Of a DNA stretch of 64,000 nt, positions 1-12,175 are shown piece by piece. The stretch's first letter is position 1. Each line of letters starts with the position of its first letter. The position numbers and the translations under genes were made by a program. The stretch is from contig JALMLS010000424.1 of assembly GCA_038496445.1 (NCBI GenBank), positions 65,851-129,850 on the forward strand, given 5' to 3'. This DNA comes from Trichosphaerium sp. ATCC 40318. Lineage: Eukaryota; Protista; Tubulinea. Under the pieces are notes generated by a model. The model made no database searches, was not told where the DNA came from, and was given only the letters and a program-made list of their open reading frames with translations.

Positions 1-3000
1 TCTGGCTAAACGGGTTTCTTCGTTTATCATCGTATTCATCCGTCTCCACTCTTCTAATCGTTCTATCTACGCATTAGGTTTAAAACAAGACAGTCTACAA
101 TCTATAGGAGGAGATACTTGGGCCATTGCTGGCGTACGTTCTGTTGCAATACATAGATACACAAAGGCATCTTGCATTGAAGTGAAATACGAGATGCTAA
201 CACGTATAATCGATATGTCATGGACTCCAGGATTTTTAGTGATTAGCACTGAGTTTAAAGGAGTTCGTAAAATAGACGTGTTCTCAACGTCTTTTACAGA
301 TGGTGATATCACTGATACTACAATTGTATTCATGCGTACACTTGAGCCACCTGTTGGAAGTATTGCAGATAGTTATGGTGATATTGTTCATGGTGTTGAT
401 AACCATGTTGTTACAACTTTACAAGGAAGTGAAGTTGTTTTTTATAAAATTGATAATGTTACATCAACTGTGACTGAAGAGACTATCTCTGTTGAAAGGG
501 CTGGTGATAAACTGCCTTATTTTATACGTATTACTGACATTAAAGCTGTCAAGTTTGCTGAATCTCCACTGCAACGATTTATTGTTGCTGGAATACCAGA
601 TCCACTTTATATAAGTGACTTTAACACTGTGACGTGGTCTGTAGCATGGTTTGAAGGAAATACACTTATCGAAATGATTATACAAAGGTATACTAAATTC
701 CCTCCTAAGGATGCATCTATACGTACGTAAGAATCCACGATCTTGAAGATTCGAAGAAAGTCTTGAAAGTTTTACCAGTTTTTTTTTGTTTACTTTTTGT
801 TTAGTTCTTTATCCTGGAGACCATAAAGTCGCTATCCGCTCATCTACTAGTGATCCAAATGACGAAGTTCTGGTGTTTACTGGATGTGGATTTCAGGACG
901 CTATTGGGTATATTGGCTCTTCTGCAATAATGTCAGTTTTCACTGCAGAATGTGAAGCTTACGGGTAATGCTTCGTTTTTTTTTGGGAAAGCTCCTACCT
1001 TCTAATTTTTTTTTCTAGGTTCCCTGAAGGTGTATGCGTTTACGGACTATTCATAAACCCTGAGGATGGCATGTATAGTATAACAGGGTTTCATGGGGAA
1101 GTAAATAACTGTACTCAACGTTCACTTATACCAAGATTGTGGCCTGTAGGTAATATGCTTGCAGCACAGCCTGGTTTTATTATTTTAACAAGTGTTGTAC
1201 ATATACATATTGTTAAGCATGTTTCTTTGGGTGGTAGAGAAATATGTGGCGCTGGTCATGAGTACTCACCTATTGGGTGCGTACTGTGCCCTGTTGGCAA
1301 GTATTTAGGATACACAAAAGCGCAGCATGACTCATGTTTAGCCAACTTTAGCTCACCTGAGTGCCGCTTAGATTGCAAGGACTGCCCTGAAGGATCTTAT
1401 TGTCCTGGCGGTGCTCTTCTACCTCTATACCCCGATGGATTGGTTGATTCTCTACAGTCTTATTATGGCTTTGAAGCATTGGATCCTCCTGATATAGATA
1501 CAGTATTTATATCGCTTATCTTTACACTAAGATCATTACCTTTCTTCATAACGTCGATTACTTTTCTTACAACTGCTGTATTGCTTATTGCTTGCGTTTG
1601 TATTCTACGTCATTGTGTTAAAGTTGCACGTGACTCAAGTTTTATAGATATGCTGAAGTATATTGATTTGGACAAGTCGTCACAAATCAAACAAAACAAA
1701 CTAGTGTCACGTGGTACAAGCCGTGGTGGTATCATAACCGTTATTATGCTATTGTTTCTTACTGTTGGTATCGCTGCTATAGTATACATGTATGATAACT
1801 ACGAACCTGTTGAGTATGAGTTTGATGCAGTATCTAAAGATACATTAAACACAAAACGTACAAAGCAACTAAGTTCTGCTTTACTTCTTGATGCTGATAG
1901 CAAGGAGCTGAAGTTCATGCTTGAGAATGAAGAGTACGTTGGCATTAATGTAGTGTTAATACTTCTTGCTTACACGTGTCTGCTTGTAGGAAAACGACTA
2001 TCAACATAACAGTTACTTGGCTGCATTTTAACGGACAGTACGTCTTATGATGCTTTTATTTTATTCTAAGTAGTTCTAATCGTTTTGCACAGATATTGTC
2101 AATGTAGCCCTAAGGTATATCGAGATAACAACTTGGTAGCAAAGCATCAAGTCGAAGGTTATAGGGATGATCTTAACGTTAGGTAAAGTACTGATCATGT
2201 TACGGAGTAGTACTTACTTTGTTTTTTAGTATGTCTGTAGTATTAAAAGGAAACTTCAATGAAGGACTTAATTATAGTTTCGCTTCTGGTAGTAGAAGTA
2301 TAATAGATGGAACCTTAGATATTAGAAGCGGTCCTGCATCATTTGCTGGAATACGAGTTGACTTGGTAACTCAAGGAAACCACCGTAAGTGCATTCATTT
2401 TATTTGTTTCCAAACCTTTTTTTTGTGTCTAAAAAGTTATTACAGCAACTTACGCAACGCACTACATACTCGCAGGTGACAATGTGTTCCTTCCCTCCCA
2501 AGTTGTTGAACTCACTATCACAACTACTTCTGTTATACGTACATCAGACCGCAAGCTTGGAAGCCAGGTAATTGATGGTACGTGCTTGCTGTTTTCATAA
2601 AAAAACCCGGTTCAGATCCGGATGAAACTTCGCTCTAATGACTTTGTTGACAACAGGTTACACTGCACTTAGTTTTGGTGATGAACGTATACTTGGTGAT
2701 GTATCTCTTCAAGTATCAGATGAAAAACTCTATACTGTAGAAGGTTATTCATCAAGACTTGATATTTTATTCAAACACTCACAATCGATAATACTTGAAA
2801 CAGAGTCTGTACAATTTACAGAAAAGACAGCATTGTTTTCATGTTTTATTGTTCTTACACTTATTGTTAACTTCTCTATATTATTGAACCAGCTATTAAG
2901 CTTTCTTTTATCATTGTACCATGATGTTGCAAAGAAATGTTGTGGAGTAAAACAAAAGGAAAAAAATGAACCATTATCTCTAATGATGAATGATGTTTCT

Positions 3001-3090
3001 GGGGTTGCGGATTCAAGAAATTCTTCTCAATCATATAAAAAATTATCTGATCCTTCATCTTATTCGCCACCTACACAAGTTGAACAATAA
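1..3090 (+). CDS. 5'-truncated multi-exon membrane protein: Cys-rich (GCC2/GCC3, ephrin-receptor-like) repeat followed by about 3 TM helices
   Basis: ORFs 182-730, 786-968, 1071-2009, 2219-2479 and 2638-3090 are separated by short GT..AG introns. Cys motif C..G..S..GC.LCPVGKY...C.DCPEGSYCPGG; hydrophobic stretches FFITSITFLTTAVLLIACVCIL, GGIITVIMLLFLTVGIAAIVYMY and ALFSCFIVLTLIVNFSILL; TAA ends at 3090. Confidence 0.65.
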
Positions 3091-3223
3091 AACTAATGAA
3101 CACCTCGTCATATTCTTTTTTATTTTTTTAATTTTAAACACGTGATCAATGAAAGTCACTAAAACAAACGTTCAAATCCCAACTTTCTTTTTTTCCCCCA
3201 CACCCACAGTATGAACTTTATCA

Positions 3224-6200
3224 ATGTGTTCCGGAAAAAAGCGGACGCTATCAGAATCGTAACGTCATTTGTCCAAAAGCGTTAACAATTGTCTGTAACA
3301 ACTGCAAGTGGTGCTTACTGGTTCTATCACTAAACAAATGATAGTGTGAACCAATATGAATCAAAATACAGTTGTACAATGCAAAGTCTAAAAACTGTTC
3401 ACTGTACAAACGTCTACGCGCAACCATGCCAAAAAAGATTGATTTGGCAGTTTTTGAGGAACCGTCGACTTAACTTAACTACAACGGTCTTTTTGGCCGG
3501 TTTCTTCACTCAATATGTCGTAGCAAGGATGTATGTACGTACTGTAAACTGTTTGACATCCCAATTTGTAATTAACAGTAATAGCTTCCCAAAGACTTCA
3601 CTTTTTCAGCCTGTGAGCTTATTGAGAGCGATGCGGCAAAGGCTAGTGTCACTGCCAATGCACGGCAACAACCAGAGACACTAGACCTAATTGTTGCGAT
3701 AAACGACAATGCTGTGAGGCTTTCGTACGTTTTTTAACGCGGTACGTACTTCCTAAAGCCAACAAACGGTTAGGGAAACTGCCAAACAAACTGCAATGCT
3801 TTCAATAAGGGCGTTTAATACCGCCGCCAGGGCCATGGTGAAAGAAGGAGGCAAAAAACAACAAACTTGTACGCCGCACTTGACATACTGTTTCGACGCC
3901 GCTGATAAACGCTGTAGTATTGGCGACTGCCCTAAGAGATTTGAACGAAACACTTGAGAGAGTAAAAATACAAACTCTTGAGGCAAACGGAAACAATGAA
4001 CAAAAAGACGAAGACGACGTAATACAGACACTATCAGAGGTCAGAAGATCGTACGACGCTCAAAAAAACCACCCAATCAATTATTTTCATTTTGTTCGAA
4101 TGCACCTCAACTGATTTTTTGAAAGAGGTACTATTTGGCACAGGCACCAACGTGTTTACATATATACGGATAGAACAGTACGATTAATGAACATAAAAAG
4201 AAGAATTAATCGCCAAAAAACCTGAAAAATAGCCCAAAAACTGATCTTTCTCTAGATGCTGAATAGCGCTGATATTAAATTCTTCATCGCGAATACGCGT
4301 GGAATGACAGAAGATCCGTTAGGTACGTTTTTATGTAAAGACAACTACCGACAAAGACAAGTCGGAAAAGGAAGAGGAAAAAAAAGAAATTTTTGAATTT
4401 TTTTTGCTGACTAGTACTGTTGTAGGCTACATATTTTATGTTGTAGACATAGGATGTTATGTCCTTGAGTTACCCAAAGAGTTTGTAAGTATTATACTTG
4501 GAGACTGGACATGTATGACTATTCCTGTACACATATACGCGGAGCCACTTCCAAAAGAATACAAAGTAACTTTGCCATAAATTAATCTCGCTGCTTACGC
4601 TATTTAGCCAGAGAGGCCAGCTATAACACCTGTATCAAAGGACGCTAATATTTTAGAACTGCCCATTGAAGTTATTATTACTATTTGCGGTACGTCAATG
4701 GCACATCATTGAACAAACTTTTTTTTCCTATTTTTTTCTGACAAGTTGCCAATTAGATAACTTTAGTTTCTTGACGCTTGTGAAACTCGCCCAAGTTTCA
4801 AAACAGTGTAAGAAGATTGCTTATACACCTTACTTATGGAAAGTATTGTGTGATAAGATATTTCCAACAATACAAAACGGTAAAGTACGCACCAACAAAA
4901 ACTTGCTTATTTAGTTGTCCTAAGACGTTTATAGGATATAGTCAACTGGAGAGACGAATTCACTCACCAAAGGCGTGTTTATGCTATCATGAGACATAAA
5001 TTCACATTAATGCATACAGAACGTATGCGTCAAAGACACTGGATGGTAAATTTTTTTTGTTCCTTCCTTGGTTGTTCCTCACCTTATTATCAGCGGTGTG
5101 GAGTTCATATGTTCCATCCTGTTAATGGTCGCCGTGGATTTGATCTTGTAAAGCCTAGTAAAGAGCTTATTGATAGTAAACCATCTCTAGATAAAATGGT
5201 TGCTATGTTAAAGAGAGAGGAGGAGTTACGTCTTTCTGATTCTGTTCAAGCAAAATTCTCCAATCCAGATAATGATGCCATACACGTTGCTGCACATGTT
5301 CAAGGTACGCTCCCACGTTTGTTTAAGTTACTTTGTGTCCATGTTTGTAACCTGTTTAATGTGTTCTGTAGAGCAAGTTATTGAAGAGTTTGGTTACAAA
5401 GATAAGAAGGCAGTGGACTATATTCGTTGTGCTCCTGGATTGTATCCAAAAAATGAGCTCATAACAAGAATACCACATTACCAGAAGTTTAACAGAGCAC
5501 GACAGGGAGATCTAACACCTGGAAAACCGGCACCTCAAGCAAAACTTGCCTACCTCAATGGCACAAACGTACTTTTTTTTTGCTATTTTTCTTGATTTAT
5601 GGCTCATCTTTGTAGGTAATGTTGCATGATTATATGACGACTCACTTTAGTAATGGTAAACCGACAGTCATTATTTCTGGTTCTTATACGTGACTACCGT
5701 TTTGTTCCTATGTGGTAAGAACTGACAGCATTAATTTCTCTGAAAGAGTTTTCTAGTCTGTAGTTTTTATTTTTATCTTCGTTCAACATACTTGCCTCTG
5801 ATTATTTATTTTATAGTCTGACATGCATGAATTGCTTGTCAAGCACGGTAGGAACGTTAATTTTCTGACAGGTACATAGATATTCCTTAGAATATTGTGT
5901 TGTGCTAATGTTTTCGTTTAGTGTACATTGTCGAGGCACACGCCTCTGATGAGTGGCCTGTCGGAGACCCATTGAAAATTACGCAACCTAGAACAACAAT
6001 AGAAAGATGTGGGGTCGCTAGGTCTTTCGTAAAAGAATACCAGTATCAGGTACTACTCATACCGTAATCACGTGCATGTTGCTTATTAAAAAACACTTTT
6101 TAGTTGCCTATGCTTGTGGACACGATTGAGAATAGCTTTGAGCAGGCCTATGCTGCATGGCCTATTAGATTCTATGTTATTGAAGATGATATCGTTACAT

Positions 6201-6335
6201 TTGTTGCCCAGCCCGATGAGATGAATACATACGACTCCATACCAGCTGTACGTATTTTTCAAATTACAAAGTTGTTTTCTCATTCTTTAACTCTAGCGTT
6301 TGGATAAAGTCCTTACAGCAAAGTTTAGCGCTTAA
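3224..6335 (+). CDS. Multi-exon selenoprotein: unknown N-terminal region + F-box + iodothyronine deiodinase-like (thioredoxin-fold) domain, UGA-Sec at 5691-5693
   Basis: Manual splicing gives one frame from MCSGKKRT (ATG 3224) through the F-box ILELPIEVIITICDNFSFLTLVKLAQVSKQCKKIAYTPYLWKVLC, then GKPTVIISGSYT-TGA-LPF, NFLTVYIVEAHASDEWP and LVDTIENSFEQAYAAWPIRFYVI, to TAA 6333-6335. These match the deiodinase motifs FGS(C/A)TUPPF, VYIxEAHxxDGW and VDxxxN...YxAxPxR. The N-terminal exons are less certain than the F-box/deiodinase part. Confidence 0.85.
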
Positions 6336-6378
6336 ATAACAAAGCGTTGTAAGTTTATTTTCTATACATCTTTGACAC

Positions 6379-6432
6379 GTGACTGTTTACTTTCAAATCG
6401 CCTTTAAAACTCAGCGAAAAAGTACACAAGAG
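6379..6432 (+). promoter_or_regulatory. SECIS element (type II, GUGA/GA core) in the 3' UTR of the F-box-deiodinase gene
   Basis: GUGAC-UGUUUACUUU-CAAA-UCGC-(12-nt loop)-GCGA-A-AAAGUACACA-AGAG. It has a UGA/GA core, a 10-bp helix II with one mismatch, unpaired AAA 12 nt after GUGA and an apical mini-stem UCGC/GCGA. It starts about 45 nt after the stop and precedes AATAAA at about 6454. Confidence 0.8.
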
Positions 6433-6808
6433 AAACAAAGTAAGTTGTAAGAGAATAAATAATATGTTAGTTAGAACTAAAAATTGGTCAACCAAAGAAA
6501 CTACGTTATAAAGTTAAATCTAGATGCTTCAAGCAACGGCAAACCAAAATTCGAAAGTTGTATGGTTGTTTATTGTGTAAATTTTAAATTAGTTACCAAG
6601 TGGTAACGCCAAGACGTAGGTTCTCCATTCAGTGTTTTGTTTGTAGGAGCCAGTAGATGAAAGGCTCTAACGTTTACTTTTGAAAAGTAGCGAAATTTCG
6701 TAAAAAACGAAATTTAGTCAAATTTCCCGCAAATTAAAATAATCCGAAGCAAGTTTTTTATGTCCGGAAGCAGGAAACCTATATCTCAAACATACGAAAA
6801 CACATCTC

Positions 6809-7906
6809 ATGTTCATGAAAGCAGTATACCAATCATCATACGGTAACCCTAAGGACGTTTTAAGCTTAAGAAATGATATTCCGAAGCCTGTGCCCGAAGA
6901 TGATCAAATAATCGTTAAAGTATGCTATGCATCAGTTCACCCAGATGTATGGCATGTCGTATGGGGTTTACCGTACTTTTTAAGATTGATGGGAGCCGGT
7001 TTTTTGTCACCTATTAAGAAAATACCTGGGACGGATATGTCGGGCGTAGTAGATAGCGTTGGTAAGAACGTTTCAAAATTTAAAGAGGGACAGTACGTTT
7101 TTGGTGAAACATGCAGTAATTTCCAATGGGCAAACGCTGGTGCGTTTGCAGAGTATGTAGCAGTTAAAGAAAAAGATGTAGAGTTGAAACCGAAGAACTT
7201 GACATTCGCACAAGCATGTGGTTTACCAACATCAGGATTTATAGCGTACTACAACCTCATGAACGAAGGCAAGTTCAAAAAAGGCCAATCAGTATTAATA
7301 AACGGCGCTGGCGGAGGTGTCGGACTTTTGACTATACAACTCGTAAAAGCACTTGGAGGAACAGTCACAGCTGTTGACAGTAAGGAAAAGCTTGATTTAA
7401 TGAAGTCTTTGGGCGCTGATGATGTCGTTGATTATGCTGAGAAGAATTTCACTGAAAGTGATAAAAAATATGACTTGGTTTTTGATGTTCCGGGAAACTA
7501 CCCAATAGATGATTGTAGAAGAGTTTTAAAAGGTTCTGAGTCTAAATACATTTTGGTTGGACATGATAACTACGACAGAACAAGTCATCGTTGGCTTGGA
7601 AGTACGATACCGAAGATGCTTGGAGATGTTGCAAAGTACATGGTTTTTGGACAAAAAGCAGTTGCAAAACCTATTGATGACAAGCCTGTTGCGACCACAG
7701 ATAATGTTGATGTTGATTTCAATGATTATGTCTTTGGTAAAGAAAGCTCTTTGAAGGTCTTGTGTAGATTAGCAGAAGAAGGAAAGATGACCCAACCTAT
7801 TGATTCTGTGTTCAGTCTAGATAAAGTTCCTGATGCTATTGAACATTTACAAAATGGTAAAACTATTGGTAAAGTTGTTATTCAAATATGCAAAGACTAC
7901 GACTAA
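6809..7906 (+). CDS. Medium-chain dehydrogenase/reductase (NAD(P)H quinone oxidoreductase-like, zinc-independent), intronless
   Basis: 365-aa ORF with MKAVY..YG, PGTDMSGVV..VG, GAFAEY, Rossmann motif VLINGAGGGVG and C-terminal GKVVI. Confidence 0.9.
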   Translation: MFMKAVYQSSYGNPKDVLSLRNDIPKPVPEDDQIIVKVCYASVHPDVWHVVWGLPYFLRLMGAGFLSPIKKIPGTDMSGVVDSVGKNVSKFKEGQYVFGETCSNFQWANAGAFAEYVAVKEKDVELKPKNLTFAQACGLPTSGFIAYYNLMNEGKFKKGQSVLINGAGGGVGLLTIQLVKALGGTVTAVDSKEKLDLMKSLGADDVVDYAEKNFTESDKKYDLVFDVPGNYPIDDCRRVLKGSESKYILVGHDNYDRTSHRWLGSTIPKMLGDVAKYMVFGQKAVAKPIDDKPVATTDNVDVDFNDYVFGKESSLKVLCRLAEEGKMTQPIDSVFSLDKVPDAIEHLQNGKTIGKVVIQICKDYD

Positions 7907-7991
7907 GTAAGTACTTGAGATTTGATTATTGTATGGAGTATTAGACAATAAATAAAAAAAAAACATGTTTCTAGTATAACAGCTGTCCTGT

Positions 7992-8687
7992 TTACTGCTT
8001 GCGGTTGTTATCAAGCCAATCCTTCACTTGCTGTTGAGAGAAGTCTTTCATTTCCAGTGCTAGCTTGTTTGTTCTCTCAGCGTCTCTGCCACACTTGAAC
8101 TCTCGTAAAACGTACCTATGCGATCCAAGAGTCACCACTGCTACTTTATCCATTACTATCAGTGGAATTTGTTTGTCAAACATCATGATACATGATGGAG
8201 CATTCATCTTGGTCCGACCATCCACCCATCTCCTGAAACCAACAGTTTTGAGATTGAACGCCTTTGCAATCTGTTCTTGTAAGGCCATCATACATTCATT
8301 TGAAGTTGTGAAAGGAAATCCTGTTACATACACCTGTTTCGCACCAGCAGCATGGAAGCTGGTAACGATCTTGTTGCCAAAATATTCCACCATACCCTCA
8401 TGAAGTGCGTTGTCAATGGTTTCATCCTTACTGTACGTGATAGTAACACGTGATCCTCTCGTTTTAATTGCACGTGGGGATTTATTGAGCATGCGGAAAG
8501 TGTCGTTGACCAGTCTTTTTACCTGTGAAAGGATATCGCGTTCTGTACTGGACATTTTGTAGCCCTTCAGGCCAATAATCGCAATGTTGGCAACTGTGGT
8601 ATTTAGATCCAATTTTGATTTCTGCTTGATGTTTGGTTTATGTAGCGTTGATTTTTTACTGTACACAGTTGCGTTAGGCTTAGACAC
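7992..8687 (-). CDS. Hypothetical protein, possibly tandem RRM-like domains (LINE ORF1-like); start uncertain
   Basis: 231-aa uninterrupted ORF; the frame stays open upstream to a possible acceptor near 8740. Beta-alpha pattern KQVYVTGFPF...LQEQIAKAF...GFRRW...CIMMF. Confidence 0.45.
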   Translation of the reverse strand: MSKPNATVYSKKSTLHKPNIKQKSKLDLNTTVANIAIIGLKGYKMSSTERDILSQVKRLVNDTFRMLNKSPRAIKTRGSRVTITYSKDETIDNALHEGMVEYFGNKIVTSFHAAGAKQVYVTGFPFTTSNECMMALQEQIAKAFNLKTVGFRRWVDGRTKMNAPSCIMMFDKQIPLIVMDKVAVVTLGSHRYVLREFKCGRDAERTNKLALEMKDFSQQQVKDWLDNNRKQ

Positions 8688-9235
8688 GCGATCAGAGTGT
8701 TTGGTATCCAGATGATGATTCTGTGACCTCTTATTGACCCTACGTCTCTTCTTTATGCGAGAATCGCGTCCGTGCGCTAAACAAACGGTTTAAGAATAAA
8801 TAAAACGAATCCTCAAACGAAAAACTACGTATGAAGGCGCACCAGACATTTAAACCAGCTAATCGTTCTATTGGTGCTCGAGATACAATTGTTTTGAGGC
8901 TAGAAGTGGTTACCATGTAATATTTCTGGTTTTTGATAGCCAAATCTGGTATGTCTTGTCGTAGACTGACACTTCAAATTTCCGAGCTGTACATGTCGTT
9001 GTAGAAGTGTCGAATAACTATACAAGGCTGACAGCAAACATGAACGCACAACTAGAGTAACAAGGAGTACAAAGCCATTGCATTTATATTGGTTCCCTTG
9101 GTATTCATTAGACGGTAGGTATTCCACGCAAGCAACGCTTACACAACATGGAGAGTATGTTCGAAAAAAAACAGTCTTTTTTTGGATAATTTGACACTTT
9201 AGGTTCAGCAGGTGATTTAGGCCTTAAAACAAATT

Positions 9236-9301
9236 GTGAAATGAATTGAGATCTGACATTTTTTACACTGACTTGCCATTGCGTAACACGGACAAGAGAC
9301 A
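9236..9301 (-). pseudogene. Short decayed fragment of the CR-kinase family found at 20.6-25.6 kb
   Basis: GTGAAATGAATTGAGATCTGACATTTT...CATTGC...ACACGGACAAGAGACA matches 20777-20847 and 23407-23477. Confidence 0.7.
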
Positions 9302-9481
9302 ACACGCTTACGTTTTGCCTGTTTAGCCACTTTATGGCTTTTGGTTATTGCCAATACAGTACAGCCCTTCAATGATCACAGGAAGTAAACTATGTAACTA
9401 ACTATTTATTTTGAAATCATTAACTTGTAGCTCTTGCAAACAGAGTTTTCACAGTATGGAGCTACTTATGCTACGCTATAT

Positions 9482-11708
9482 TTAGTAATCAGGTTCTGTT
9501 GCTTGTATTGAACGAGTTTTTGTCATAATCTTGGATACGGAAATGCCGTGAAGTTGTTTCCACCTGAAGAAAAAATTGTTAGAGCGCACTTAATGAATAA
9601 GAACACATGCCTGTATAGATAAATTCCAAGACCCACCAATACTGCAGCAATAACTACCAGCACAGATACAACTGGTATGACGATAACCAAGTCATTTGAT
9701 GACGATGATGATTCTGTATCGCAGTTGCTGTGATCAACGGTTATTGTAAGTAAAATACCACGAGATGTGGCTTTTGAGTTTGCCCTGAGTATATCACATG
9801 GTTGCTACATATATGTTACTTCAAGTAAGCTATAAGCGCATTACTAACCTCAGTATTACCACCATCAAGCATAAAGGTATTATCCTAAGCACGTGTCACA
9901 AAAAGGATAGCGATAAAAAAATTATGTACATCAGTTGCGCATTGAGTGAAGATTTCGATGATTTCTTGACCATCAGTGTAAGTCTCATTCTTTAATTGTA
10001 TATTCACTCCATCTGTTGCAGTCATACACCCTTCAACATTCAGAATCGTATCATTTGATGCTATAGTGATGCCACCTTAAGTACATCAAACTTAGATACA
10101 AGGAAAAAAACAGCTCAGTTTGTTACCTTCAACGTTAAAATTACCGTTTATTGTAACATCGCTTCTAATTGTTACTGTATCACCTCTTAAAATATCTCCA
10201 GAAATAGAGCCATTGATAACGACTGTGGTATTCTCACAATCGAAATTCTGACACCCTAAAAACAATAAGACCAAAATCACTACTAAAAAAAAAACTACAA
10301 CTACCAATATTATCAGGAAGTTTCGTAGTGTATCCGACTGAATCCATGGCCACGCTCACTGCTTTAGCAGCACTTAAAATTTCCATTAATATTGCTTTAT
10401 ATGATACACGTACTCAGCAACAATCTCCAACTGGGTAATATTCAAGTTGGGTGGAATATTTATGCAAAAGCCAACTTAGAAAAAAAAGCCATGTTAGTAC
10501 TATGTTTGCACAGTGAGAACGTAGTTAAATTTATCGTACTATCTGTTCCTTGTATTGGTTCCGTATTTCTAGTGAATACAGGTTTACCATTAACAAATAC
10601 AAAGCCATCACTCCTATCTGCCAAATTCTTTACGAAATCACCGAACCCTGCTGGCGCAGCACAGAACATACAAACACGTGTATAAGCAATAAAGGGTTCT
10701 GGATATAAAACCTCGCCAACTAAATAACAAAAACAAAGTAAGCTAGTGACTACTTTACCGGAAACTGCAGCGAAGTAAATGTAGGAAAAAAAATAGCACG
10801 TGCGTGGGTCTTCGTATGTTGTGCACATGAAATCAAGAGGTAACGGTGTATATGCTACTTGAATTATAGGTGGGTAAGGTGAATCACATGAAAAGAATTC
10901 GTGAGGGTTGGCAGCGTCTGGATAGTTAGTTAAAATGCGTTGGAGGACGTTATCTTGAACTTCATTTGACACAAACTTGGTAATGCGTGTACCTTGTTTA
11001 ATCAACCAACCTAAATTTTTTACAGTACCAAATGGATTTGCCCATTTCCTTACTGTTTCTGTGACGGATATATTGGCGTATTGGTCCTGAATAATGCTAT
11101 CGTATGTTCCAGATAATTCAGCGTTATAGTTTGTACCAGGCACTAGAATAGCATGTCACGTGAGTAAACGCTTTGAGCTCAAATTGTGTAAAATCGAAAA
11201 AAAAGTCCGAAAATATCTCACCAGGACCGTTATTTGAAGGAAAAGATTGCCAAGTCGTAGCCACTGACCAAGGCGTTATCATCTCATATGCATAACCAGA
11301 TGCTTCATTTTGTATCACATTCGACACACGTACAAATAGATTGGCAGAGTCAATCGTAAAACCGACAGGAACAATACCATTTGGACCTATTTGTAGTTTT
11401 TTAGCGTTAAATAAAATGTCCAAAAAATTAATAGTTCAAAAAGTGTACCGTCGTGGAGGAATATTTCAAAGTATAGGAGCGTTTGGCTGTTAGTAGTATT
11501 ACCCGGATCATATATGTCGACATTAGCGCATAAATTAATCGAGCCAACGCCAGGAAGAATACGGGCATTAAAAGTTTGAGCACAAACTATCACGTGTTTT
11601 AAATTAGGGAGTACGCTAGACAACTTTCTTAATAAGAACTTTTCTAATACCTTGAGAAACCGCTAAAAAGAGGAAATAAATGACACATATATGTAGTATA
11701 TAATGCAT
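9482..11708 (-). CDS. Single-pass surface protein: signal peptide, DNRLRE-like domain, beta-rich stalk, C-terminal TM
   Basis: Signal MHYILHICVIYFLFLAVSQ. DNRLRE-like segments IDSANLFVRV...ITPWSVATTWQSFP and ISVTETVRKWA...NLGWLIK...FVSNE...PPIIQVAY. TM LVIVIPVVSVLVVIAAVLVGLGIYLY; stop TAA at 9482-9484. Confidence 0.65.
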
Positions 11709-12175
11709 ATGATTTGTGCTGTAAGTATGGATGTTTGTGGGGAATGATCTCAGATTTTAATGTAGGCCTAAAAAAGAAAGTGAGGGAAACTTAACTGTGT
11801 CAAGTCATGACACGCGGGCATTGGCACGTGACACTTTTTTGTGAATAGTAACCGATAAAAACAGTCTTTACATACATGCGTTGTATGGGAGATATGGTAC
11901 GGTTTGATAGAGTGGCAGTACAAAGTGATTCGCAAATGTCTTTACTCTGACTGATAATTCAACAAGATTTCGACAAAGGTATGTTTTTTTGGTACCGTAG
12001 AAGAGTTACAAGGAAAAATAGAACAAGTCCGGTTTCACCTAATATATCTTCGTTCGTTTTACCGGTATGTGAACTTCATATCTTTGGAACGAAATACATT
12101 TCTCCGCTTTTTTTTTCGTTTTTTTTTTTTTACCTTTCTAGTGGTTAAAACAGACCCTTATTATTGGCTTGGATT

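Noticed and set aside
5691-5693. UGA as pseudogene stop or genome-wide UGA reassignment
   Set aside because: It falls exactly on the catalytic residue, downstream motifs are intact, a SECIS is present, and other genes in the window terminate with UGA.
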